NCBI RefSeq assembly: GCF_003918875.1
Contig: NW_025766994.1
Span: forward strand, 1,116,001-1,180,000
Length of the DNA: 64,000 nucleotides
Direction: 5' to 3'
Origin: Haliotis rubra
Taxonomy: Eukaryota
The notes under the pieces are model-generated. The model made no database searches. It was not told the origin of the DNA and was given only the letters and a program-made list of their open reading frames with translations. Position numbers and translations under genes: made by a program. Positions 25,332-44,710 of this stretch are shown piece after piece. Numbering within the stretch: the first letter of the stretch is position 1; the number at the start of each line of letters is the position of its first letter.

Positions 25332-26108
25332 AACAAGAGTCATCAGAAGATGACATATCCCCCCGGCCCCCACATCTTTGAAAGAACAAATCATCTGACA
25401 GTTACTTAAAGTCCAGCTTGTTTTAGACTAAGTGCAAATCGTTTCCATGGAAATCATGAAAAAAATAAATGACAAAAATCTGCAAATAGCAAAAGGCACC
25501 ACTTCAAGATCTCCCTTACATATCTGCCAAGTTTTACCGAAAGATATTAAGAAGTTTTGAGTTGTGCTCCCGAAACGAAACCTACCCCGCCTTTTTCGGA
25601 CTAAATCGGAATCATTTCCATGGAAACCGAGAAAAATAAAAATCACAAAAATCTGCAAATAGCAAAAGGCACCACTTCAAGTTCTGTTTGATATATCTAC
25701 CAAGTTATGTTGAAAAATATCCGAATCGTTTCAATGGAAACCGGGAAAAATAAAAATGCCCAAAATCTGCAAATAGCAAAAGGCACAACTTTAGGATCTG
25801 TTTGATGTATCTACCAAGTTTTGTTAAAAAATATTGTACGGTTCTTGAGTTATGCTCCGGAAATGAAGCCCACCCCTCACTTTTGGGACTAAGTCCGAAT
25901 CGTTTCCATGGAAACCGGGAAAAATCAAAATGCCCAAAATCTTCAAATAGCAAAAGGCACCACTTAAGGTTCTGTTTGATATATCTACCAAGTCTTGTTG
26001 AAACATATTGAACGGTTTTTTAGTTATGCTCCGGAAATAAAATGATTACGGACGGACGGACGAGGCGACGACTATATCCCCCCGCATTACATGCCGGGGG
26101 GATAAAAA
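25332..26108 (+). mobile_element. Helentron-associated non-autonomous element (HINE/DINE-1/pearl-like) with internal tandem repeats
   Basis: Starts AACAAGAG; about 4 internal repeats (GTTTCCATGGAAA...CAAATAGCAAAAGGCACCACTT); (CGGA)n microsatellite; terminal hairpin CCCCCGCA..TGCCGGGGG then ATAAAAAA; empty site TTTTTCAAAAAG in copy A (~8265). Confidence 0.78.
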
Positions 26109-26350
26109 AGTGTAAGATCTTTGAAGGAATTTCTGAGACCGATAAAACACACCCTTTCAACGTCTCCTGCCCTGCTATACATTCTAGAGAAAGATCAAGA
26201 GTCGTTCTCTTTAGTGCTAGTACATTTGGCTGAGAACTCTGCGTGTAACCCTATGGCTTAAACGTCTGCATATAAGTCCACAGCTCCAAGAAAAAGTCAC
26301 AAGTAGAAGTTTGGTTTTATGTGAAAGTCTGATGCAGGTGAATAGCATAA

Positions 26351-26527
<177 letters not shown>

Positions 26528-27185
26528 TGATTTACTGACACTGTACCTTAGCCGAACATACGATCATATGTTTCAGGAAGGCCTTTAGAAACAATTCTAC
26601 ACAGCGGATCGCGCACCTCACACGACCGTGAGCTTGAGGTAGAAATCATCAGTCTGGCGCGATGAATTTCAAATATAATGACTCTGTGAGAAGGCCCATA
26701 ACATAACACTGACAATGCACCTTGATTTTTTGTATATTGTGACACAAAGTTACAGTTGTTGTTGTGATCATGATAGAAATATATATGTTTGTCATCCCAA
26801 CTTATATTTTTTTCTTATCAGTGAATGCAAATCTTAACTCGCTCACAATTACTCATTATCTTTGCATCTAGCGATGAAAAAGAAAGATGAAGTGGAAACG
26901 TAGTTAGTGAATGAGTTCAAACAACGCTTTTAACAATATTCCGTTTGCATCTGAGCTTAATGAAGGAGAAAATCCCAAGTTAATCAATATTCTGCTTTTT
27001 GCACCACCAAAGATATATACATCCATTGACAATTTGTGGAAATTATGATCCTGTCCAAACCATACTTTCAAGAACACTTGTTGTATATGTAGGGCACGTT
27101 GTAATTGTCGCCAGTAAAATGGTTACCTTTTCCAAAAAATAGTTCCCATTCTGATAACTCTTATGTGCTGGTTCCTGTCATCAAA

Positions 27186-27355
27186 CTGACTGACTGACTG
27201 AGTTTGGTTTTACGCCGCTTTTAGCAATATTCCAGCAACATCACGGCGGGGGACACCAGAAATGGGCTTCACTCATTGTACCCATGTGGGGATTCGAACC
27301 CGGGTCTTCGGCGTGACGAGCGAACGCTTTAACCACTAGACTACCCCACCGCCCC
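27186..27355 (-). mobile_element. tRNA-derived SINE family 1
   Basis: TSD CTGTCATCAAA (27175-27185, 27356-27366). Confidence 0.9.
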
Positions 27356-27366
27356 CTGTCATCAAA

Positions 27367-27494
27367 GGGCGGTGGGGTAACCTAGTGGTTCGATTCCCCA
27401 GAACGGTACCATGTGTGAAGCCCAATTTTCCGTGTCCCCTGTCGGAATATTGCTAAAGGCGGCGTAAAACTAAACTCACTCACTCACTCACTCA
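27367..27494 (+). mobile_element. tRNA-derived SINE family 1 (internally deleted)
   Basis: Head GGGCGGTGGGGTAACCTAGTGG, (ACTC)n tail, followed by TGTCACCAAA. Confidence 0.85.
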
Positions 27495-27529
27495 TGTCAC
27501 CAAAAGGTTTGCAAATTTATGTTCTGAAA

Positions 27530-28400
27530 TCATTGATTGACATTTATCAAAATGTAAAAACGAACATGTTTTATGTTTTCGTTGATTTTTTGTATAGCTT
27601 TTGATACTGTTTTGAGAAGAAGCCTTTGGTATAAATTAATTCAGAGTAACGCCGATGGAAAATGTTTCTGCATCATAAAGAATACGTATGAGCATATAAA
27701 ATCTAGAGTTGTACATAATGATGTAGTAACAAATGCCTTCACATGTAAGATTGGGGTTAGACAGGGTGAAAATCTATCTCCCTAGACTTTCAAAAAGCGT
27801 TTGACTCAGTGAATAGACATCTCTGGACCGCCTACAGAAGAATATTCTTAAGGGGAAGATGTGCTATTCTCAAATCAGAATGTTAAATCATGTGTTCGAT
27901 GTGACAAAGGCATGACTGAGTTCTTCGATTGTCCAACTGGGTTACGCCAAGGATGTGTACTGAGCCCCTACTGTTTTCTCTTTTCGTTAACGAATTGTAC
28001 AATGAAATAATGCTTTCAGGAAAACATGGAGTTCAACTATTTCCAGATATTTTTTAACTTTTATCACTTCTTTTTGCGGATGACGTGATCCTAATATCAA
28101 ACTCTATAACAAGACTACAGAATCAGCTGAACATCCTAGCTAAATACTCGGACGAATGGAAGCTAACGGTTAATCTGGATAAGACGAACATTGTCATATT
28201 CAGGAAAGGTGGTCGAGTCGCAGACATATAAAGGAGATGGACATATAAAGGTGTCAGAATCGACTTGTAAAAGAGTAGAATTATCTTGGCATCATGTTTA
28301 CACAAACCTTGAACCTGAGTAAGTCTGTACAGCAACTAGCAACCAGAGCGAAGAAGGCATTTTGTCAACTGCAATCAATTTTAATACACTGTTTAATTTT
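27530..28400 (+). mobile_element. Two adjacent decayed non-LTR reverse transcriptase fragments (CR1/RTE-group)
   Basis: AFDTV...GVRQGENLSP, then DFQKAFDSVNR...GLRQGCVLSP...LLFADDVILIS...WKLTVNLDKT. Confidence 0.8.
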
Positions 28401-29601
28401 GCTTCAGAAATATATGTAAACTCGACTGTATATGGGCCTATGGCATTTCGTACAATAGAGCATTGAATTGAATTGACTCATCGAAGGGTTATTACTATAT
28501 AATGTATAAGTATTCACTATTTTTAGAACCTTATTTGTTACAATTATCTTATTACTGTAGACGCTGGTTAACTAAATTTAGAACTAGGGACAGCAAGGTC
28601 GACCCGATCTGACATCAACAGTGACGGACCTGATTATCTTGATGCATAGATAACAAGCAGTAAATATCTTCACACTTTTGTGAAAAGGATATATATTGCT
28701 TTTGAAAAAGCTAAGGTATACTGAAATATCAAAACTTGTTTCCATTTGCAAACTGTAAAATAGTATTATTTCGCTGTTCTCCGTATTACAGGTAGGTTAA
28801 TTTCACCTCAGCAGGTTGGTTGTGCATCTTTTCACTTCCGTGTGACATGTGAATGCCCAAGTCGGTGTTACATTGTATCTGGTTTTGTTTGTTATTGAAC
28901 GTTACAGTCACCAGTATTTCTGCTGTGTCATCGTCTGTAAATAAAGTTGTTGTTGTTTTGTTTTGTTTTTTTGTTTTTTTATTTGTTCCCATGGTTACAA
29001 AGTCAATAACAAGGGTATATGGTAGCAACAAGCGCAGAAAAGGTGAAGATAAGAAAAGGTCAACCTCTGTATTTCCGTTTGAACACTAAGTAAACCTCTC
29101 GCACGCACAAATGGACCCCACTGTATCGTAAGTGAAAATGCATTGATGATACAATCTGATGCTATCTACTTTTTTTTCGAATTACAGGCAGGTTACTTTC
29201 ACCTCAGCAGGTTGGTTGTGCATCTTCTCACTTCCGTGTGACATGTGAATGCCCAAGTCGGTGTTACATTGTATCTGGTTTTGTTTTATTATTGAACGTT
29301 ACAGTCGCAAGTATTTCTGCTGTGTCATCGTAGTCTGTAAATAAAGTTACCAGGCAAGCTGTCTGCAGTGAACGAGGTCACAGTTGTCGTGATTGGTAGT
29401 ACGTGACGGGCATCACGTATCTGTTTATTTTGATGGTTAGTCGTTCTTTTGGTGTAAATCAAAGCAAGTATTCATTCACTGTGTCACAGGGGACTGAATC
29501 TAATCGAGTTTCTTTAACATGAAAGCTATGATCATCGGTTGGTCACACACAACGATATGCTGAGTCATACATGTATATTAAGATCATACTGAAGAACTTA
29601 C

Positions 29602-29760
29602 TTGAGACATGGTTCAAAGTGTCTGCATATATGTCCACAGTATGTCCAGTGATACAAGTGAGAGGGCAGTTCAGTCGAGACCCACAGATCGGGTGACTAC
29701 CAGGCCAGTTGTCTGCAGTGCACGCAGTGAGGGAGGGAGGTACCCAGTCACCGATTTATG
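29602..29760 (-). pseudogene. Orphan SULT promoter and first exon (copy D)
   Basis: ATG TCT CAA|GTAAGT at 29610-29602 with upstream and intron-1 sequence (28585-29600) matching copies F and B; no exon 2 follows before the RT fragment at 28400. Confidence 0.8.
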
Positions 29761-30039
29761 CATGTATGAGCTCAATAGTTGACCTACTTGTTTTATCTGC
29801 GCGTGACATAAGTGTGGCTTAAGCTAAGAGAAGGTATGGAAAGAGATCGCTACATTTTTTAACGGCGATGACTCTCTCTATCGTTAAGGGCGTTGTTTCA
29901 ACTGAACCTCCTCACAAACTCATCTCTGTAACTTAGGCGACACAATGCCATGTAGTAAGTAATTATTTCCAGCAGATTTCTCTGGTGTATAACTGGAATA
30001 TTACTAAAGGAGACACAAACCGTTCTTTACACATTTAAC

Positions 30040-30208
30040 TGACTGACTGACTGAGTTTAGTTGTACGCCGCTTTTAGCAATATTCCAGCAATATCACGGC
30101 GGGGGACACCAGAAATGGGCTTAACACATTGTGCCCATGTGGGGAATCGAACCCGGGCCTTCGGCGTGACGAGCCAACGCTTTAACCACTATGCTACCCC
30201 ACCGCCCC
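30040..30208 (-). mobile_element. tRNA-derived SINE family 1
   Basis: TSD TTTACACATTTAA on both sides. Confidence 0.88.
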
Positions 30209-30344
30209 TTTACACATTTAAGCATTACATAGTTTTTATATTGAAACATAAAAAACATTCCCTGAATTTCAGGACAATATTTGATACAAACCAATCCATG
30301 CTGAATCCCAACACGTGGAGGAAGGGTTGCCGACGACAAAACGT

Positions 30345-31461
30345 TTAAAAGAGAAACGTTGAACAAAAACGTACCGTTACACTGACATTTGTAGTGAATC
30401 GTTACAACACACACAACATGAAATGCACGTGCATCATGAAATTGTGTATCAGCCCGAGCTGAAGCCTATGACTGTAGGCTTTAAACAGCCACATCAATGG
30501 TACTCCACATGCACTATAGACAACAAGAGAATGTCAAGACTGACAGAAGCTCAATGACACGACGCCATCGGTCGTTTACAAGGACGGGCATCGCAGCATA
30601 AGGTGGCAAGTCACTTCAGCGTGTCCAGACAGACCATCTCAAAGCTATGGACCTGGTCAGGTGGACCTAGAGTTACCACCGCCGCTCGGAATCGCCACAT
30701 CTGGTTGAGACATCTTCGTTCACGCACCACGAGCAACCCAAATCCCTGAACAGTTTTGTTCTCAGATGAGTCTCGGTTTCTTCTCAGACGTGCTGATCGA
30801 CGTTCGCGTGTATACAGACGTAGTAACGAACGTTACGCCGATAACTGTGTAGTACATGTCAATAGATTTGGTGTCAGGGTGTGGGCAGCTATCCACCATA
30901 ATGGCCGGACAGTTCTTGTGCACGTGGCGGGTGCATTGAATGGGGATGAGATTTTGCTAAGTCAAGTCGTTGCCTTCATCAGCGTCAGCGGTGGATCTTT
31001 CCAGCATGACAATGCTCGACCTGACGTTGCCCGTGACTTCCTCCAGCAAAACAACGTTCAGGTGTTACCATGGCCTTCTTGATCACCCGATTTGTCCCCC
31101 ATTGAACATCTATGGGATACTCTTAATCCGCCACCTCAGACACTACAAGAACTGCATGCAGCACTTCAGCAAGAGTATCTAAACATTCCTCAAGGCAGCA
31201 TTCGGCAGCTCCTTTCTTTTATGGGCTGCCGCTGCCAAGCTGTTATCGAAGCTCATGGTGGCCACACCAGATACTTACATTTTACTCTGACCAAGTGGCT
31301 TTAATAGCCCTCTGAGGTTTTACCAAACACTTTCATGTTTTGGAAATTTGTAAAGTTATGATTGTACTGTAATTAAGCAATGATGTCATGTTTGGATCAG
31401 TTACATGCACTCAGTAAATATACTACAAAACAGCACGACAAGTTTCTTTTTATTAAGAGTA
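30345..31461 (+). mobile_element. Decayed Tc1-type transposon
   Basis: MSRLTEAQ*HDAIGRL..., FSDESRF, QHDNARP, PIEHLW, GGHTRY; right TIR-like TTTCTTTTT..AGAGTA; duplicated at 43120-44291. Confidence 0.85.
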
Positions 31462-31865
31462 TCCTTTATTTCCAGTTTGTCCCAGCTGAGGCTTGAGGTT
31501 TGTCTGAAATATCGACATGGATTTGACGAAGATGTTGCAAGCATTGCTAAAACCAATTCATTCTGCATACAAAGATAAGAAAGTAATGAAATGTAATACA
31601 GTAGTGATGTCCAGGATGTTTCCATCACGATATAAATGGATTATTGTTAAAAGTGAATGAAAAGCTCTCCTACATATTTAAGCTGGTGAAGCAAAGATCA
31701 CGGACACATCTGTTATTTTGTGTCACAATGATGCAAAGATCAAATCGCACATTCCGCCTCATATTATTGGACTAATAGTAGAATCAGTATAATGGTACTG
31801 CTGACACAGACCTATAAGGTGCACAGTCCTGAAGGTGTTCCTATAAGCTATGATCGTAGGTTGAA

Positions 31866-32456
<591 letters not shown>

Positions 32457-32565
32457 CTGAACGGACATCGAGTTGAATAAATACGTTTCAAACTTCTTGT
32501 CATCCTTCGGTACAACCTTAGAAGAGTCATTTCATCTTGATTTGATTGTTTTCCTCATATACTTG

Positions 32566-32882
32566 CTTAATGTGTCCACGTGTTGCCCATATATATTTTC
32601 CTTCATGTGTCCACGTGTTGCCCATATATATTTTCCTTAACGTGTCCACGTGTTGCCCATATATATTTTCCTTAATGTGTCCACGTGTTGCCCATATATA
32701 TTTTCCTTAATGTGTCCACGTGTTGCCCATATATATTTTCCTTAATGTGTCAACGTGTTGTCCATATATATTTTCCTTAATGTGTCCACGTGTTGCCCAT
32801 ATATACTTTCCTTAATGTGTCCACGTGTTACCCATATATATTTTCCTTAATGTGTCCACGTGTTGCCCATATATATTTCCTT
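32566..32882. repeat. 35-bp minisatellite (about 9 units) in SULT intron 4
   Basis: CTTAATGTGTCCACGTGTTGCCCATATATATTTTC repeats. Confidence 0.92.
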
Positions 32883-33870
32883 AGAAACTGAGGCGGTTTC
32901 CCTTCCACCTGTGATATGGCCCCCTTCCGAAAGAGTTCTTGTATCTACTGGTCTATTGGATTCATTTCCTTTATTGAGAAGGATGGAGTGTTTGGTGGGG
33001 ATTTCTGAAAGGGAGTGGAGACCCAATCCAACTTTGCTCCCTGCACCAGTGTAAGAACTGACTGGTCACAGGTTATCTTTTCCCAATTTTCGAGAAAGAA
33101 ATGAATTCTCCCTGCCAAAGGAACGTTTGGAGCCAGCTTGGTCAAATTCAAACCTAGCACTGGGGTCACCACATTTCCGTTTTTGTGCAGTGTATCTAAA
33201 TCTAAGAACAGGTGTTCTAACTGATTTTGTTAGGGATAAGGAACTTGCTGATACATACCTTTTGCCTCTCTTGTCCTGGGACAAACCTCCCCTGCTGACA
33301 TGTCCACCGGTATATCCGCCCCCGGAAACCTGTCTGCCTCCTGAAGGCACGGGCCAAAGGGCTGCTTGAACATGGTGGGTCTGGAAAAACTAGCAGACTG
33401 TGGAGGGTTAGGGTGTGCTTTTGGCTTATGCACAAATTTCAGTTTCTTTTTAGGGGGCTGAAGTGCATCAGCCACTTCTCTAGCTGCCCAACGGTTTTTT
33501 CCCATGTCTTTCAAGACTTGCCGAAAACCGTCCCCAAACAATTGGGCCTCGGTGTCACTGAAGACGTTGGCATGTTTTCTCATCAAGGATTTACTCTTTT
33601 TGAGATCCTTTGTAAGTTTGCACAAAGTAGCTAGCCTCTTATTGTAGAGTTCAAGGCTACATTAACTTGGCCTGTGCAACATATCGTTTTCTCAACCTGC
33701 TCAATCACACACTCGAAGTGTCAGTAGACTGATCATTACGGGCCTGTTCAAGTAGAGCATATAAAGCCCCTAAAGGACGCATAACTCTCATGAGCCTGGA
33801 CTGAATGGATCTTAGACCCTTGTCAGCTCCCTTCTCATTACTTATCCCATTTTGTTCCATAAGGGATTTA
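32883..33870 (-). mobile_element. DIRS/Ngaro-like (tyrosine-recombinase retrotransposon) gag/pol N-terminal fragment
   Basis: LAGRIHFFLENWEKITCDQSVLTLVQGAKLDW..PFQ..P is the typical pre-RT segment of DIRS pol, overlapping a gag-like ORF (33230-33625, QLFGDGF); truncated before the RT core. Confidence 0.7.
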
Positions 33871-33875
33871 ATAAT

Positions 33876-34227
33876 TAGGACTGGGACGATTCACTGATGC
33901 ACCGATACATCGAGATAAAAGTTTGATACAGCTATCATATCGTCGACTGGTGTATCGATACAAAACGATACATGACTCTTTTTCAAAACAGTATTATCTT
34001 AAACATGATAAAGTACATATTTAGAGAAAATACGCACGTATGATAGAGTTACTTGTTTGTTTATTACAAAAGTGTTATTGTTATACACAAATACCTTGAA
34101 AAAAATCATTTTAAATCTTAATACTGTGTCATTCTTTCAAGGTGTATGTATCGTGATACGTATCGTATCGCAGGTAAAATATCGCGATATGTATCGTATC
34201 GTGACATAGTGTATCGTCCCAGCCCTA
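33876..34227. mobile_element. hAT-type MITE
   Basis: TIRs TAGG(A/G)CTGGGACGAT; 8-bp TSD TTAATAAT/TCAATAAT; subterminal CGATA/TATCG repeats. Confidence 0.85.
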
Positions 34228-36470
34228 TCAATAATGCCATCCATCTGAGGGACTTCAAAAACCTTACCCTCCGGTATAGGACATTCCTCTTGCACACCCT
34301 TCATAGTCTTGTCATCAATGAAAGTGGTAAACTGCTTGGTAATGCTGTCCCTTAGGGAGCCTGAATTTGATGCTATGACTTTCTCTGCTTTTAAATGACA
34401 ATGTAATCAATATATGTCTTTGAAATAAAACTCATTCCGAGTATGTACTTACAATGTTTACTAATGCAAACTTGTTCTCGTCACTATATGGCTGGAATAA
34501 TGCCGATGTGACGTAAAGCCCAACTCAACTCAACTCAACCTTAGGGAGCCTACAGCGAGGGACATTAGATGCCCCATGAGGGTCAAAACGTCGAGGTTCT
34601 GTCGGGGTGTCCCCAATATTCGAGGTACCCTGCACAGACCAAGTGCAATTAAACCAATTATGCAAGAAAAATACTAACCTCCAGCTTAAAAAGCGAAATG
34701 CAACTGTGACTTTCACGGGTCGACTGCTAGCTGTAAGCTGGTAATGGAGAATGGCGAATTTCTTCCGGGACTTTGAAAAAGCTGGTTTGCGCCACCTGGT
34801 GGCGGGGAGATAACAAGTACTACGTAACCATATTGTAAAACATTCATCCTAAGTGGGTCGTCTTTCCAATAGTATCTTTTTTCACAAAAACTAAAACGTA
34901 TATGCACTACATCTAGCTTGCCATCAGTGAATGTGCCGGCATTCTACGCTTGCTACTTAATTCTTACATAAATCGTACGATATATGTCCCTCCTCTTCCA
35001 CCTTCACTTTGATATCGATACCATATCCAAATACATCACGAAGATAAATGCAATTTGCAGTTTTGTTTGAAATTCGTTTTTCTGTGATATCATCCGCTCA
35101 TTGTACATCAAATATACTAAAAATTACATGCATCGTAAATCTCTCCAGTTTTGACACATTACTAAATCCCCATGTACTGCGTAAAAGCGTAATTTAATTG
35201 TAGTATGTCTTAATTCAAATGTCAAATATTGCTGGGAGAACTGAATTTTATAAAGAACAAACGTATCATTGTGATCAGCGGTAATTTTGTTGTTGTTGTT
35301 TCATCGAATCACGAATGCTCGTTCTGAAACATTGTCGATGAACCGAGAATCGCTGAGAATGTTTTAGAAAATACACGAACACAATTAACGTCAAAGTGAA
35401 TTTTCAGCCATATTGCAGAGTGTTTATACATTATAAAATCACGTAGGTTATAAATGTTTCGCCCATAAAATCAATTGTATAATTCAACACCATCTTCCTT
35501 ACATGAATCCCTCAATTCCTCATAATAAATAATATATATATTCAAAATAAACTGACAAATGAACTCTGTCACCTATACGAAGTGTTTCAGTGAAATCTAA
35601 CGAAAAATATAAGATGCCGCGCTGGGAAAGGACCAATTGTTTGATATGTAAACAAAGCTAATCTCAGATTTTACACTGTATATCTGTTCGCCTACTTGTT
35701 GCATACACTTGCTCATTAGTTTTAGAACAGGCATGGGAAAGGTATCGTACCAAGGGATAGTTAAATAAAATAGGTGTATTCTTATAATTTCCTAGATTTC
35801 ACAGCATATTACTGTATAGTTTCTGAAAGCGTGACGCCATGACTGACGCAATCTCACGCACACAGGCGATGGTACTTCACTTAATTTCTGACTATTTCCC
35901 TTGGTCACAATGAAAACAAAAAGAAAATAACAACCAGTAGACTGTCAGAATGTTTCGGACTACTTACATGTCACATTTATGCATATACGTTGCTTGAAAC
36001 AACGAAAGTTTCTTTCGAAAACTCCGGCGTACTCGTGTCAGTGAACACCCATTTCGAAAAAGTCGCTTCCCGATAGTGACGTCATACGGACGTCAACATT
36101 GTGATACAATTTTCATTGAGGTGAGGTAATGAATGAAAATACACACGATCAATCTGGCCTACTGCTTACATTTTCTGTTCTTATGCTTCTTTCGTATTTT
36201 CACGAACTTTTTCAAGTGACTATTTTCAGTATTAATATATTATGATTTGGGACAATACAGGACACCAGTCTAAAATCAAGTAGCACCAATTACGTCATAA
36301 TCAAAGGGCCGTAACTCTGGCCTGTTTATAATTAGCTCTGCAAGCAAAAGCCTCGTAATGGCATAAAATTTCAGCACATATTTTGAAGGTTATACTTTCA
36401 TTGTAAGAAAAATGAGTGTATATTTTCAAACATTGATATTAACTAATAAAAAAATTCACTTTGATTCACT

Positions 36471-36617
36471 TAAGAATTGAATGTCAGTTTGTGTGTTTGC
36501 ACTGAAAAATGAACGACGTCAAAGCTCGTAAACTCGCTCGTTCACACGAGAGTTTGAACAACGCTTTGACATCGTTCAGTTTTCAGTGCAAACACACAAA
36601 CTGATATTCAATTCTTA
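36471..36617. repeat. Near-perfect palindromic (fold-back) MITE-like element
   Basis: TAAGAATTGAATGTCAGTTTGTGTGTTTGCACTGAAAA... versus ...TTTTCAGTGCAAACACACAAACTGATATTCAATTCTTA; arms over 50 bp. Confidence 0.8.
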
Positions 36618-38007
36618 TAATTTCGTACTTTGAAGTTTACATATACGTGTTTTACCCACTTCTACATCATCATTATTTACAGTGATGTGCTGTAATACCT
36701 GTGAAATGTTGTAGTGCCATTCTGTTCAAGACCATATTGGAGCGATGTATCTATGTTTGTCGATTTTCTTACACATGTATCCCAACCCTTGAAGAAATAG
36801 TTCTCAAAGTATTCCTTAAAATATAGCAACACATTCGTCATTCGGTTTGAAACTGCTTTAATAAGTATAACATCAACAGAATTATCAAACAGAAGCAAAT
36901 ATCAATATTATTTTAACAAACTGTCATTGTACCTTTACGCTTTGACGGATTCGTTTGACCGCGTAATAATACAATGACCGACTTCGAAGTTGTGCGGCGT
37001 GGCGAATAGGAAGCAGATCTCGTTGTATTCTATTTATTTTTGATTGATTAGTGTGAAATTTATTAAATAGTTGTTAAATAGACCACGGGGTAGAAAACCG
37101 TCAGATGAACCCGCAAACTGCGAGAGATTAAACACTTGTGAAAAGGATAATTTTTTATTTTGTTTACGTCAAGCTGGACAGAGAGTATCCTGGGAAAACC
37201 CGACAAGTAGTCGGCTCGAAAACGTTCACACACGTATGAACGATGTTTACACACGTATTAACGGTTTGAATGGGTTCAAGAGAAATGAATCTTGAAATTT
37301 AAATCACATGACCGCTCTGTCAACCAACCAACGTTCGGGAATCTGTGTAAACTTCAAAGTACGAAATTATATAAGAATAAATGTGATTTATTCGTGTACA
37401 CTTCCCCTTTAAGACAGAAGTTTCACAGTGTTATGCTTTCCACTTTTTGCATGGCCCATATTTTGCCTGTCATTATAATACTATGTACATACGGGCCGAA
37501 TGCCTTATGTACAATAATTATTCTTGATCTTCATCATGAAGTATAAAGATCATTTCCACACTCAATCAATCTGCTATCATTCCAGTTTGTCCCAGTTTCA
37601 GCTTAAGGTTTGTCTGAACTATGACAATGGATTTTACAAAGGCGCTGCAAGCGTTGTTTGAAACCAATTCATTCTGCATGCTAAGATAAGAATGTAAGGC
37701 AATGTCATAAAGTAGTGATGTCCAGCATATTTCTGTTTTGAAATAACTGAAATATTGCTGGAAGCGACTTATAACGTCAACTACACATTTACACAGGCGA
37801 AGAAAAGATCACATTTCTTAGAAGCAAGGGGCATGTCCAACCTTATAGTGTTGGTCTTACAGCAGAATCAATATTATGGTAACTCATCATATCAGATTAA
37901 TGATCTCCTCCTCCAGCAATGATGACACTGACGTATAAGGTAAACATTCCTGAAGGTGTTACCAAAAGCTATTATCGTAGGTTGGGCTAAAGTACAGTGT
38001 CAGTAAA

Positions 38008-42785
<4,778 letters not shown>

Positions 42786-43119
42786 GGTTCAAAGTGTCTG
42801 CATATATGTCCACAGTATGTCCCGTGATACAAGTGGGAGGGCAGTTCAGTCGAGACCCACAGATCGGGTGACTACCAGGAGAGTTGTCAGCAGTGCACAT
42901 AGTGAGGGAGGGAGGTACCCAGTCACCGATTTATGCATGTATGAGCTTAACAGTTGACCTACTTGTTTTATCCGTGAGTGACATACATATTTTGCAGATA
43001 TCGCAAAGCTTAGAGAAAGTATGGAAAGAGATCGCTACATTTTGTAACAGTGATGACTCTCTCTCTCTGTCTCTCTCATTCCCTCGTTACTTTCTCTCTC
43101 TTTTTGCCGACGACAAAAC

Positions 43120-44291
43120 GTTTAAAAAAAGAAACGTTGAACAAAAGAGTAACGTTACACTGACATTTGTAGTGAATCGTTACAACGCACACAACATGAA
43201 ATGCACGTGCATCATGAAATTGTGTATCAGCCCGAGCTGAAGCCTATGACTGTAGGCTTTAAAAAGCCACATCAATGGTACTCCACATGCATTGCTTTAA
43301 GCCACTATAGACAACAAGAGAATGTCAAGACTGGCAGAAGCTCAATGACACGACGCCATCGGTCGTTTACAAGGACTGGCGTCGCAGCATGAGGTCGCAA
43401 GTCACTTCAGCGTGTCCAGACAGACCATCTCAAAGCTATGGACCTGGTAGAATAATACTGGGAGTGTTAATGATAGACTCAGGTCAGGTCGACCTAGAGT
43501 TACCACCGCCGCTCAGAATCGCCACATCTGGTTGAGACATCTTCGTTCACGCACCACAAGCAACCCAAATCCCTGAACAGTTTTGTTCTCAGATGAGTCT
43601 TGGTTTCTTCTCAGACGTGCTGATGGACGTTCGCGTGTATACAGACGTAGTAACGAACGTTACGCCGATAACTGTAGTACATGTCACTAGATTTGGTGGT
43701 GGAAGTGTGGGCAACTATTCACCATAATGACCGGACAGTTCTTGTGCACATGGCAGGTGCATTGAATGGGGATGAGATTTTGCTAAGTCACGTCGTTGCC
43801 TTCATCAACGTCAGCGGGGGATCTTTCCGGCATGACAATGCTCGACCTGACGTTGCACGTGACTTCCTCCAGCAAAACAACGTTCAGGTGTTACCATGGC
43901 CTTCTCGATCACCTGATTTGTCCCCATTGAACATCTTTGGGATACTCTTAATCCGCCACCTCAGACACTACAAGAACTGCATGCAGCACTTCAGCAAGAG
44001 TATCAAAACATTCCTCAAGGCAGCATTCGGCATCTCCTTTCTCCTATGGGTCACCGCTGCCAAGCTGTTATCGATGCTCATGGTGGTCACACCAGATACT
44101 GACATTTTACTCTGACCAAGTGGCTTTAATAGCCCTGTGTGGTTTTACCAAACACGTTCATGTTTTTGGAAAGTTGTAAAGTGATGTTTGTTCTGTAATT
44201 AAGCAACGATGTCATGTTTGAATCAGTTACATGCACTCAGTAAATAAACAACAAAACAGCACGACAAGTTTCTTTCTTTTTGAAGAGTATA
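43120..44291 (+). mobile_element. Decayed Tc1-type transposon (duplicate of 30345-31461)
   Basis: Same lesions (TGA at codon 9, shared internal deletions) and same flanks as the copy at 30345. Confidence 0.85.
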
Positions 44292-44710
44292 CTTTACTTC
44301 CAGTTTGTCCCAGCTGAGGCTTCAGGTTTGTCTGAAATATCGACATGGATTTTACGAAGATGTTGCAAGCATTGCTAAAACCAATTCATTCTGCATGTAA
44401 AGATAATCAAGTAATGAAATGTAATACAGTAGTGATGTCCAGGATGTTTCCATCACGGTATACTTTATTGTTAAAAGTGGCTGAAAAGCTCTCCTACATA
44501 TTTAGGTTGGTGCAGCAAAGATCACGGACACATCTGTTATTTTGTGTCACAATGATGCAAAGATCAAGTCACACATTCCGCCTCATATTATTGGACTTGG
44601 AGTAGAATCAGTATAATGGTACTGCTGGCACAGACGTTTAAGGTGCACAATCCTGATGGTGTTCCTATAAGCTATGATCGTAGGTTGAACTAAAGTACAG
44701 TGTTAGTAAA

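Noticed and set aside
25428-26011. Several repetitive short ORFs
   Set aside because: Arise from the internal tandem repeats of the Helentron-like element
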